Shown: one piece after another, positions 36,927 to 45,548 of the stretch | Layout: every line of letters begins with the position of its first letter | Numbering within the stretch: position 1 is the first letter of the stretch | Source of the DNA: Candidatus Pacebacteria bacterium CG2_30_36_39 | GTDB lineage: Bacteria > Patescibacteriota > Microgenomatia > UBA1400 > PJMF01 | DNA length: 64,000 nt | NCBI GenBank assembly: GCA_001873435.1 | Contig: MNZB01000003.1 | Span: forward strand, 6,427 to 70,426 | Reading direction: 5' to 3' | The notes under the pieces: model-generated | Seen by the model: only the letters and a program-made list of their open reading frames with translations | Told to the model about the DNA's origin: nothing | The model's database searches: none | Made by a program: the position numbers and the translations under genes

Positions 36927-37631
36927 ATGACAATAGAACTAGCTAACAAAAAAATCGAAGCTATAGTTCTTGATTTTGATGGTACTTTTTATTCTGCCAA
37001 CAAAGAATTGGAAGCTAAAATTTGGGGAGAAGCTAGAAAAAAACTAATCACCAAAATCTTAGAATTTGAAGGTATAACTAGTTTTACTCCAGAGTATTTC
37101 AACCAAAGACTAGAAGAATTTATTCAAGAAGCTCAGTTAAATGGATGGAGAGTTTCATTCAAAAAATTTGGCGGTACAGATGAAGGATTTGATGAAGTAA
37201 TTTCATCTGTCTCGGTAGCTGAATTCCTTGATTTTGATCAACAATTGGTTGATTTGTTAACAGAGCTAATGTCACATGTTCCTGTTTATATTTTTACTGG
37301 TTCTCATCGCAAGAGATGCTGGGATGCACTAGATGTATTAGTAGGAGATTTAATAAATAGGTTTGAAAACAGCATTTTAGCTGCTGATGACATGGAATTT
37401 GGTCGGAAACCAGTTCTAGCTGCATATCAAGAAATGGTTGATAGGTTTGCTTTAAATCCAGAAACTACTATTTTTGTGGATGATCAGCTGGTGGAAGTAA
37501 ACAGTGCTGCAGAACTTGGTATTATGACTTTTTTAATTCATGAAACAACCAATGGGGAAGAAGCAATTGGCTCTCATATTCTAATCAATTCATTAAAAAA
37601 ACTCTTAGATCATTTGGTTATTAAAGAATAG
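36927..37631 (+). CDS. HAD-superfamily hydrolase.
   Basis: Motif I VLDFDGTFY (DxDGT) with downstream HAD motifs (FTGSHRKR, VDDQ). Confidence 0.6.
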   Translation: MTIELANKKIEAIVLDFDGTFYSANKELEAKIWGEARKKLITKILEFEGITSFTPEYFNQRLEEFIQEAQLNGWRVSFKKFGGTDEGFDEVISSVSVAEFLDFDQQLVDLLTELMSHVPVYIFTGSHRKRCWDALDVLVGDLINRFENSILAADDMEFGRKPVLAAYQEMVDRFALNPETTIFVDDQLVEVNSAAELGIMTFLIHETTNGEEAIGSHILINSLKKLLDHLVIKE

Positions 37632-37732
37632 CTGCTAATTTATTATCCTATAACATTGACTATTTTTCTAATTTCTCATATAATACTTGATGTTCACCAT
37701 ATCTAAACTGTGGCTTAGCGCCTCAGAATCTA

Positions 37733-37918
37733 TTGGTGGGCAGGAGAGTGTCATCAATGTCACCTGAAGAAGTAAGAAAAGCGATTGTTGATCAGAACTT
37801 GGGCGAGGGAGATCCTTGTCCGGGTCGTTGCGGAGGAACTCTGCATGTAATTGAGGATGATGGAACTAAATACATCCAGTGTTCTCAACACTCTGATCAC
37901 TATGCTGTTGCTGGTTAA
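37733..37918 (+). CDS. Small Cys/His-containing protein (possible zinc ribbon).
   Basis: CPGRCGG...CSQHSDH in 61 aa, followed by a terminator hairpin agcccagg-gttt-ccttgggct and a T-run. Confidence 0.3.
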   Translation: MVGRRVSSMSPEEVRKAIVDQNLGEGDPCPGRCGGTLHVIEDDGTKYIQCSQHSDHYAVAG

Positions 37919-38041
37919 CAGCACCTACTTCAAGCAAAAGCCCAGGGTTTCCTTGGGCTTTTTTCATTTCTCGTCCCACAACATCTGACTAAATTCTGCT
38001 ACTATATTAGTAGTAATAAATCCTTTTGGGAAATTGTTAGT

Positions 38042-39346
38042 ATGACAGAGCAAAGCACTAATCAAGTAAATGCCTCGCCATTGCAATCAACTAGCTCTGC
38101 GCCAGTAGAGTTAGAACCTCAAGCAAAAACGAGTTTTTTAGCAAAAATCATTGGAAAATGGAAAATTATTGTCGGTGGCATTCTAGGCATCGCTTTATTA
38201 GCTGTAACTAGCTATTTTGTTTATGCTAATTTTTTTATTTCTCCAAAACACCTGCTTGGAGAAGCTATGGAAAAGTTTGATGTTGATTCAATCAAAATTG
38301 GTTTTCAAGCCTCTGATGATACTTCGGATGTTTCAGGAACAATGATTGCTCATGAAAAAGGGCTTTCTAAAATTGATGCAAACCTAAGCATGTTAGAAGA
38401 AGGTGTGCGTCATGAATTTAATTTTAATTTCTTAATTGATGAGGAAAATGTTTATTTTAAGATGAATTACTCATTGATGGAATTAATTTTAATGCAGGCA
38501 GACCAAGTAGTTCCAGGAATTTCTTCAACAAATACCTTTACTTTGTTAAAACCAGTTTTAACTGGAAAATCATGGCTCCACGCCGCTGTTCCTCCAGTTG
38601 CTGATACAACCAGCGATGATAAAGCAGAGGAATATGCTGAAGAATGGGAGAAGTTTGGTGATGAATTGGGTGAAGCGATAATAATCAAAGATTATAAACG
38701 CAACCAGAAAGTAGACGGAGTTACATATAAAGTTATTTCTTTGGGAGTGGATAAAGTAAAATTGCTAACAGCAATTGATTCTCTCAAAGATCTTGATTTG
38801 GAAGTCAGCGTTTCAGATATTAATACTCTAAAGAAATCTGTTGAAGACATGGGTGAGCTTAAAGAAACATTGGCTGTAGTCTATATCGATAAAAAAGGCT
38901 ACATAAGAATGGCTGATCTTTATGCTCCACAAGGATCTAGTGAGTCAATTCAGGATGCAATTGATCAAGAAGCAGCTGCTAGTTCTCCTCTTTTAGCCCA
39001 GTTTTCTCAAATGACTTCTTTCTTCCAACCAGATAAGAAAGCCAAAGCTGGAGAATCAGTGAAGTTTATGACAATGACATTTGATGACTACGGAACAGCA
39101 GAAGAGCTTTCTGCTCCTTCTAATAGCGTTGAGTGGGATGAGGTGATGTTATATGCACAATCAGAGCTAATGCCAATTTTTTATCAATATATGATGATGC
39201 AACAGGCTCCTGGAGCCGGTGGGGTAGAACTTCCTACTTATCCACCACAATATCCAGGAAATTCATCGGGTGGTGTGCCATCGTATCCAATAATCGAGAG
39301 CCCTGATTATGGTAGTACTATGCCAGGTCAAGCAGCTCCATATTAA
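38042..39346 (+). CDS. Hypothetical membrane-anchored secreted protein with a Pro/Tyr-rich C-terminus.
   Basis: N-terminal TM anchor and a 434-aa extracytoplasmic region. C-terminal PTYPPQYPG...PSYP. Confidence 0.45.
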   Translation: MTEQSTNQVNASPLQSTSSAPVELEPQAKTSFLAKIIGKWKIIVGGILGIALLAVTSYFVYANFFISPKHLLGEAMEKFDVDSIKIGFQASDDTSDVSGTMIAHEKGLSKIDANLSMLEEGVRHEFNFNFLIDEENVYFKMNYSLMELILMQADQVVPGISSTNTFTLLKPVLTGKSWLHAAVPPVADTTSDDKAEEYAEEWEKFGDELGEAIIIKDYKRNQKVDGVTYKVISLGVDKVKLLTAIDSLKDLDLEVSVSDINTLKKSVEDMGELKETLAVVYIDKKGYIRMADLYAPQGSSESIQDAIDQEAAASSPLLAQFSQMTSFFQPDKKAKAGESVKFMTMTFDDYGTAEELSAPSNSVEWDEVMLYAQSELMPIFYQYMMMQQAPGAGGVELPTYPPQYPGNSSGGVPSYPIIESPDYGSTMPGQAAPY

Positions 39347-39364
39347 GATAATTTAAAAGTAATT

Positions 39365-39393
39365 AAAAGACCCTCAAAAGAGGGTCTTTTTTT
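39365..39393. terminator. Bidirectional terminator.
   Basis: gaccctc-aaaa-gagggtc hairpin followed by T7. Confidence 0.6.
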
Positions 39394-39398
39394 ATTTA

Positions 39399-40130
39399 TT
39401 AATTTATTTCCGCTCGATAGCCAATACCCCAAACAGTTTTAAAAAGCTTTAATCCATATGGCTTTTCAATCTTTCTTCGTAAACTTGAAAAGTGAGTTTC
39501 AAGCGCATTGGAACAAGGAGTTTCACCATTTGGCCAAACATTTTGATAGAGAATTTCTCGTGGCACGGTGGTATTAATTTTTATTAATAAGTATTCTAGT
39601 AATTGCGTCTCTTTATTGTTCAAATATATCTCTTTATCTTTATATAAAGCTTTTTTCATAATAAAGCAAAAAGTAAAATTTTGGTAGAAAAATGGTTGTT
39701 TTTGCCACTTAATATTCGGTAATTCTTTGGCAAATAAGTTAATTTTACACTCTAATTCCGCAGTACATACTTTTCCCGAAAGACAATCTTTGACTCCAAC
39801 AGATAAGTAATAGGCACGGTCTTTAGAGCTAGCTTTTTGTAAGTAAAGCAAAATTGGCGTATTAATACTTTTTTGTACCAAAGTTTGACTATATTTTTTT
39901 AATAAAATAGAAGACTTACCAGCTAAAATTAGATAAATTTGATATTTTCCAGGAATAACCACAGTAATATTGTTGCTAGAAAACATAAACAAACTATAGG
40001 AATAGCTAGCAAAAAGTTTTTTTTGAAAAACTTTAGAACTATTAAAAAATGATTTTTCAGCGAGCACACAAAGTTCCATTTCTTGACTAAAATAGCTACA
40101 TTTTTTTATTGATAGATGAGCCGTTCTCAC
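39399..40130 (-). CDS. OmpR/PhoB-type winged-helix regulator with a degenerate (pseudo) receiver domain.
   Basis: C-terminal trans_reg_C-like QLLEYLLIKINTTVPREILYQNVWP...LRRKIEKPYG...TVWGIGYR. The N-terminal region lacks the DD...D phospho-acceptor pattern but keeps a K..RA...GV.D.L.. alpha4-like segment. Confidence 0.5.
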   Translation of the reverse strand: MRTAHLSIKKCSYFSQEMELCVLAEKSFFNSSKVFQKKLFASYSYSLFMFSSNNITVVIPGKYQIYLILAGKSSILLKKYSQTLVQKSINTPILLYLQKASSKDRAYYLSVGVKDCLSGKVCTAELECKINLFAKELPNIKWQKQPFFYQNFTFCFIMKKALYKDKEIYLNNKETQLLEYLLIKINTTVPREILYQNVWPNGETPCSNALETHFSSLRRKIEKPYGLKLFKTVWGIGYRAEIN

Positions 40131-40163
40131 TCATTGTTGATTTTTTTGCTATATTAGATACAG

Positions 40164-41537
40164 ATGCCCAACCAATCGACCAAATTGCCGAATCCTCCTA
40201 GTTTGATTCGTACCCTTGGCCCTTCTTTCATTCTCTTAGGCCTAGCCTTGGGTAGTGGCGAGTTAATCTTATGGCCTTATTTATCTGCCAAATATGGATT
40301 GGGTTTATTGTGGGGTGGACTGCTTGGTATTACTTTTCAATTTGTTTTAAACACTGAAACTATGCGTTACGCATTGGCTTGGGGAGAAAGTGTTTTTGTT
40401 GGTTTTAGAAAAATGTCTCGTTTAATACCAGCCTGGTTTATTATCTCAACTTTTATTCCTTGGTCTCTACCAGGATTTTCTTCTGCATCTGCCCAAATCT
40501 TAACTAGATTCTTTCCTTTTTTAAATGAAAAAATAGTCGCTATTATTTTATTACTATCAGTTGGAGTAATTCTAAGCACCGGCAAGAGTTTGTACAAAAC
40601 CATTGAGCAAGTTCAAAAACTGATTATTTATCTTAGCTTACCTTTTATCTTTACTTTAACCTTTTTCTTTTCTTCAACAGTGGAATGGAAAGAATTAGCA
40701 TGGGGATTAATTGGCAGAGGTGATGGCTGGTGGTTTTTTCCAGCTGGATTATCATTAACAGCTTTTCTTGGTGCTTTTGCATATTCCGGAGCTGGGGGAA
40801 ATTTAAATTTAGCTCAATCTTATTACATCAAGGAAAAAGGCTTTGGTATGGGTAGATACTCAGCAAAAATCAAGTCGTTATTTACCAAAGGCTCTGAAAA
40901 AATACCTCTAAATGGACAAACATTTATTGATTCTCCAAGCAATCGCAAGCTTTGGCATAAATGGTGGACTTTAATAAATACAGAACATTTTTTAGTTTTT
41001 TGGTTATTGGGTTTCTTAACAATTGCAGTCATGGCTGTTTTATCAAAATCACTTGTTTATGGAGCAGACGTAGGAGAAGGTTTGGCCTTTTTATATGCCC
41101 AAGCTAGTGCTATTACAACTCGTTCTTTTGCTTTTTTTGGTACTAGTTTCTTGTTTATTGCTGCTCTAATGCTATTTTCCACTCATCTTGGAATTCTAGA
41201 GTCCTCATCTCGCATTGTTTCAGAGAATATTTATTTATTTTTTAATCGTGGCCATAAATTTAAAGCTAATCTATCTCTAGGTTTTTATGTAGCACTCTGG
41301 TTGCAGATTTTTCTAGGAATTATAATTTATTCAATAGGTTGGCAAGAACCAAGGTTTCTCTTAACGCTTTCAGCAACTCTAAATGCTGGCGCAATGATGG
41401 TTGCTTTTCCATTGGTATATTTACTAAACAAAAAACACTTGCCAGCTCATTATCAACCTAGCTGGTGGCGTAAAGTTTTATTGCTATTAGCAACGATATT
41501 TTTTATTGGTTTTATGGCAATTACATTGCTGAAGTAG
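40164..41537 (+). CDS. Nramp-family-like transporter (divergent).
   Basis: 11-12 TM helices. The N-terminal LGPSFILLGLALGSGELILW aligns with the Nramp LGPG...DPGN region, but DPGN is replaced by GSGE. Confidence 0.45.
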   Translation: MPNQSTKLPNPPSLIRTLGPSFILLGLALGSGELILWPYLSAKYGLGLLWGGLLGITFQFVLNTETMRYALAWGESVFVGFRKMSRLIPAWFIISTFIPWSLPGFSSASAQILTRFFPFLNEKIVAIILLLSVGVILSTGKSLYKTIEQVQKLIIYLSLPFIFTLTFFFSSTVEWKELAWGLIGRGDGWWFFPAGLSLTAFLGAFAYSGAGGNLNLAQSYYIKEKGFGMGRYSAKIKSLFTKGSEKIPLNGQTFIDSPSNRKLWHKWWTLINTEHFLVFWLLGFLTIAVMAVLSKSLVYGADVGEGLAFLYAQASAITTRSFAFFGTSFLFIAALMLFSTHLGILESSSRIVSENIYLFFNRGHKFKANLSLGFYVALWLQIFLGIIIYSIGWQEPRFLLTLSATLNAGAMMVAFPLVYLLNKKHLPAHYQPSWWRKVLLLLATIFFIGFMAITLLK

Positions 41538-41572
41538 TGCATTTTTAGATACTTTGATATATAATCACTCGT

Positions 41573-42424
41573 TTGAATATGGTATCTATCGAAAACGGCA
41601 ACCAATCCGGCATTGGCGTTTTTACAGAAACAAAGAAATTTATTGCAAGTCTTGGTGGTAGTGTTATTTTTGAGAAATCTCAGGAAAATTTAACTAAACA
41701 ATCTAACTTTCTTGTATTTAAAGTTTTAGAGTTTTTTAAAGCGCTAAATTTTAGGAGTTCTAAAGAAAAAGAGACTCCAAACTTTTTGCGCCTAGACCAT
41801 GCTTTTGTTGGTGGCCTAATTGAATTATTTCGTTCATTAAATGAACAAGACTTTATTTCAGCTGTAGTTGTTGGCGGTGGCACATTAGCTCGCTTAAGAA
41901 TTGAAGATGCTCAAAGTTTTGGTGAAGGTAATGGAGATAATAAACAATTGGATTATGTTGGCATTGCTGTCAGTGAAACTAATGCTGTAGAGCTCTTGGC
42001 AATTTTACTTCGCCAAAATATTGCCGCTAAAAGACTTTTACAAGAAAAAGAAGAATTAATCCCAGGAAATGTTTATCTTCGTGGGGGAATAGAACCGGGT
42101 CATACTACCGATTTTGTAGCTGTTACAAAAGCAGTGGAGTCTGGAGCCTCAGTGGTGGTAAACATCAGCAATACGCCTGGCTTGTATCCGCTTGCCGAAG
42201 ATGGTTCACTAGATAGTAGTAAGATTATTGGTGAAATGAGCTTAGCTGATTACTTAGAAAAATTTGCAGTAGAACATAGGCCTGGTGTAAATACACCATT
42301 TGATGCTAAGGCAGCAGAATTGGCTATGGAAAATAATATTACAGTTATTCTTGTTGGCAATGATGTTGAAAATCTAAAGAAATTAGTTGTTGGCGAAGAT
42401 TTTGTCGGTACAATTCTTAATTAA
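41573..42424 (+). CDS. Amino-acid-kinase family protein, UMP kinase (PyrH)-like.
   Basis: VVVGGGTLARL, DYVGIAVSETNAVELLAIL and PGHTTDFVAVTKAVESGASVVV match the PyrH/carbamate-kinase fold. Confidence 0.45.
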   Translation: MNMVSIENGNQSGIGVFTETKKFIASLGGSVIFEKSQENLTKQSNFLVFKVLEFFKALNFRSSKEKETPNFLRLDHAFVGGLIELFRSLNEQDFISAVVVGGGTLARLRIEDAQSFGEGNGDNKQLDYVGIAVSETNAVELLAILLRQNIAAKRLLQEKEELIPGNVYLRGGIEPGHTTDFVAVTKAVESGASVVVNISNTPGLYPLAEDGSLDSSKIIGEMSLADYLEKFAVEHRPGVNTPFDAKAAELAMENNITVILVGNDVENLKKLVVGEDFVGTILN

Positions 42425-42426
42425 AA

Positions 42427-43065
42427 TTAAATTAACCATTTCAAGACGATATTCATAATTGGTGTTAGCAACTGTGATGCTGGGGAAACTCCATTCCAAG
42501 GTAAGATTAAAAATAACAAAATGAAATTGCCATATTGAGTCATTACAGATTCATATTCTGCTGCCGTATCTTTGGGTAGAAAAGCAGTAATAATTTTACT
42601 GCCATCTAGTGGATAAACTGGAATAAGGTTAAATGCAGCGAGAGCAATATTGATAATTAGAATTTGTAGAATTGAATATTGCAGCCAATAAAATGGTATT
42701 ACCTCCATTTTTAAGACAAAAGACAAAATAGCAGCAACAGCAATATTCGATAGAGGACCCGCTATGGCGATAATAGCGGTATCTTTAACAGGATTCTTGA
42801 GATTATAAGGATCAAATGGGGCAGGCTTACCCCAACCAAAACGAGTGAATAACATAGCCAAAACTCCCAATGGATCTAGATGAACCCTTGGGTCAAGAGT
42901 TAGACGTCCTTGGGCTCTGGGAGTGGGATCTCCAAGCTTGTCAGTTATCCAACAGTGAGCAAATTCATGAATGGTAATTGAAAGCAATAACCCTCCAAAA
43001 ATTACAACAAATACCAATGGAGAAGAGAATAATAACGAAATCATTGGTTTATTATACTCGAACAT
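42427..43065 (-). CDS. M50-family (site-2 protease-like) membrane zinc metalloprotease.
   Basis: HEFAHCW HExxH motif inside a TM region, with downstream LDP..G and a polytopic layout. Confidence 0.55.
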   Translation of the reverse strand: MFEYNKPMISLLFSSPLVFVVIFGGLLLSITIHEFAHCWITDKLGDPTPRAQGRLTLDPRVHLDPLGVLAMLFTRFGWGKPAPFDPYNLKNPVKDTAIIAIAGPLSNIAVAAILSFVLKMEVIPFYWLQYSILQILIINIALAAFNLIPVYPLDGSKIITAFLPKDTAAEYESVMTQYGNFILLFLILPWNGVSPASQLLTPIMNIVLKWLI

Positions 43066-43149
43066 TTAAAGTTGTTTTGGCTAGCATAAATTGCTTCTGA
43101 TATAGTGTTTGCTCATTTGCCAAAGAAATGTTACAATCACCCCCTGACT

Positions 43150-43368
43150 ATGAAAAGATTTTCGTTCAAATTTCCAGTAGTGTCACACATCGGAAACCTT
43201 GTGTCTCACGCCAAGAACCGCACTAAACGTGGTTTTAAGTACAACTTACACACCGTAACTGTTAACGTTGATGGTGAAAAGAAACGCTTTCGCGTGCCAA
43301 CAAAGGTTCTACGCATGCTTAAGAAATCTGGAGTGACTACTCACTACAAAAAAGAAGTTGCTGAATAA
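43150..43368 (+). CDS. rpmB: Ribosomal protein L28.
   Basis: GN.VSHA.N.TKR.F..NL signature. Start taken at the internal Met (MKRFSFKF); the upstream part of the ORF is probably non-coding. Confidence 0.6.
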   Translation: MKRFSFKFPVVSHIGNLVSHAKNRTKRGFKYNLHTVTVNVDGEKKRFRVPTKVLRMLKKSGVTTHYKKEVAE

Positions 43369-43402
43369 ATAGCAATTTTAAAAAAGAAAAAATAAACGCC
43401 AT

Positions 43403-44293
43403 CTAAATAATGATGGCGTTTTTAGTTTCATTCCAACCAGCAACCTCTTTGCCCTCAATTTGCACCAATTCTAATTGAAGGTATTTTCTTTCATCTAATT
43501 TACACTTATGAATAATCAATCTCTTATCACCCTTGCTTGTTGGCACAATAGTCCATAGTTTGGGCCAGGGAGAATAAGCTCTAGAAGCTCTTTCTAGCTC
43601 TTGGGCTAGTATTCCCTCATCCATAGCTTGCTGAATCATGTTCCAGGGCCTAAAAGCCTGTTCTTTAGTAATTTTTTGGGCAGTTGGCGTAGGTGATTCC
43701 ATCGGTTGTGGTATGGCTATTAAATTACCAGTAATAAACTCAGTTAATAAATCCCCCAAATTAGCACAAATTAGTCTAAAACTTGTTTGATAGTATTCTG
43801 TTTGAGTCCAATCAACACCAACCTTAAAAGGTAGTTGTTTGAGAATTGGACCTTCGTCCATTTTTTCATTCATTATCATTAGAGTTACTCCAGAATCAGT
43901 TTCACCACTTAGTAAAACACTAGGACCTGGGGTACTACCTCGCCAACTAGGCAACATTGATGGGTGAATATTGAGAGGAGCAATTTTTGGTAAAGCTAAT
44001 AACCATTTTGGAACCAATAAACCAAAATCTACTACTAATAATAAATCTGGTTTTGATTGGGATTCTAGCTCAGATTTAATAACAGAATCTAGTTTATTGG
44101 GGATTAAGGTAACGCTAACTTTATTCTCCAAAGCAAATTGATGTAGAGGATTGTTAGTTAAGATTTGTTTACGACCAATTTTTTTTGGAGCTGGAGTAAT
44201 TATTTTGGTTAGTAAAAAACGCTTGTCTATCAACAAGGTTTGAGCAACCTGTTTTGTTCTTTCAGTCGAGCCAGCTAACCAAATAGTGTACAT
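43403..44293 (-). CDS. fmt: Methionyl-tRNA formyltransferase.
   Basis: Formyltransferase core VDFGLLVPKWLL...LNIHPSMLPSWRG and a C-terminal domain, downstream of def. Confidence 0.8.
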   Translation of the reverse strand: MYTIWLAGSTERTKQVAQTLLIDKRFLLTKIITPAPKKIGRKQILTNNPLHQFALENKVSVTLIPNKLDSVIKSELESQSKPDLLLVVDFGLLVPKWLLALPKIAPLNIHPSMLPSWRGSTPGPSVLLSGETDSGVTLMIMNEKMDEGPILKQLPFKVGVDWTQTEYYQTSFRLICANLGDLLTEFITGNLIAIPQPMESPTPTAQKITKEQAFRPWNMIQQAMDEGILAQELERASRAYSPWPKLWTIVPTSKGDKRLIIHKCKLDERKYLQLELVQIEGKEVAGWNETKNAIII

Positions 44294-44315
44294 AGTTCTT
44301 ATTTTCTTTGTAGCT

Positions 44316-44879
44316 TTAGAAAAGCTCTAAAGCACCACGATCAGTCAATTCGACCAATTCATTTTTCTTTTCAACATAAACTGGCAAATCATATTCTAGA
44401 GAGTAATCAGTAAATAAAATTCCATCCAAATGATCAATTTCATGTTGAATAACTCTGGCGTGAAAACCATCAAAACGACTTTTTTTATCTACAAACTCAC
44501 CATCATAAATTGCTTGGTATTCTAATTCTACCCACTCCCAACGAGGCACTGGTCCATATAACCCTGGCATGGAAAGACAACCTTCTAAGCGAGGATTTTC
44601 TGGATCTGGACCAAAAGTATAGTCGTTACTATGTTTTTTAATAATTGGATTGATGAATTCTTGAGGAATAGCTTTGGGATTTTGGTCATCAATTAGAGTT
44701 AAAAATACTCGATTTAACACATCCACTTGTGGAGCAGCAAGACCTACACCTTTGGGGTTTTCTGTATTTGACAAAATACCCTTCATTTCTGAAAGGAATT
44801 TAATAAATTCTGGTGTTATTTTTTGCACTCTCTCTGCTTTATCTCGCAAAGTGGGGTGCGGAATTGTAATAATCTTCAT
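44316..44879 (-). CDS. def: Peptide deformylase.
   Basis: Motifs GVGLAAPQV, EGCLS and HEIDHLDG. Confidence 0.85.
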   Translation of the reverse strand: MKIITIPHPTLRDKAERVQKITPEFIKFLSEMKGILSNTENPKGVGLAAPQVDVLNRVFLTLIDDQNPKAIPQEFINPIIKKHSNDYTFGPDPENPRLEGCLSMPGLYGPVPRWEWVELEYQAIYDGEFVDKKSRFDGFHARVIQHEIDHLDGILFTDYSLEYDLPVYVEKKNELVELTDRGALELF

Positions 44880-45544
44880 GGTTCAATAACAATTTGATAA
44901 TGTGATAATTCTACCAGATATGTCGAGATTTTTTCTGAAGAAATGTTAGTAATATCTACATTGGCGTTTTGTTGTAAGTTTTTTTCCAAGATAACTCCAA
45001 ATTTTTGATTTAGAACAAAAAGATTCTCATCTGCCCAAGACTTAGATCGATGCTTATATCTGCTTTGAATATCAACAAGCCGATCTTGTAGTGAAGAAAT
45101 TCCTGTTGGTATGACCCTTAGATCTGCATATTCACAAATTTGTTCCTCCCACGAAGCTTGGGTTGATTGTTCTAAATTTGTTGCATCCATAGATTTAACG
45201 AGCTTGATAATTTTTTTATTTACTCCTATTTCTTTTACCATGGTAACTGTGGCTTTATGAGCATTTTTTCCATATTTAGTCTTAATTTCAACCTGTTTTC
45301 GTAACCAAAATTTATCAAGCAGGGCTTTATCTAAAACCACTGCATTTTCAGATAAATCAAACTTAATTAAATTGCCAAGATCGTGTAGCAATAGCGCTGA
45401 AATAATATTATTTTTATTAATTTCTGGACCAATCCACGCATCGCAAATATATTTACCAACAGCAGCTACCAAATACATATGATTACGCAAACCGGGTGGA
45501 ATAAAGTATTGATCGTATATTTGATTAATTGTTTGTTTTTTCAT
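44876..45544 (-). CDS. HD-domain phosphohydrolase-like protein.
   Basis: ALLLHDLGN HD motif. Start set to the internal Met to avoid a 35-nt overlap with the upstream gene. Confidence 0.4.
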   Translation of the reverse strand: MKKQTINQIYDQYFIPPGLRNHMYLVAAVGKYICDAWIGPEINKNNIISALLLHDLGNLIKFDLSENAVVLDKALLDKFWLRKQVEIKTKYGKNAHKATVTMVKEIGVNKKIIKLVKSMDATNLEQSTQASWEEQICEYADLRVIPTGISSLQDRLVDIQSRYKHRSKSWADENLFVLNQKFGVILEKNLQQNANVDITNISSEKISTYLVELSHYQIVIEP

Positions 45545-45548
45545 GTTT

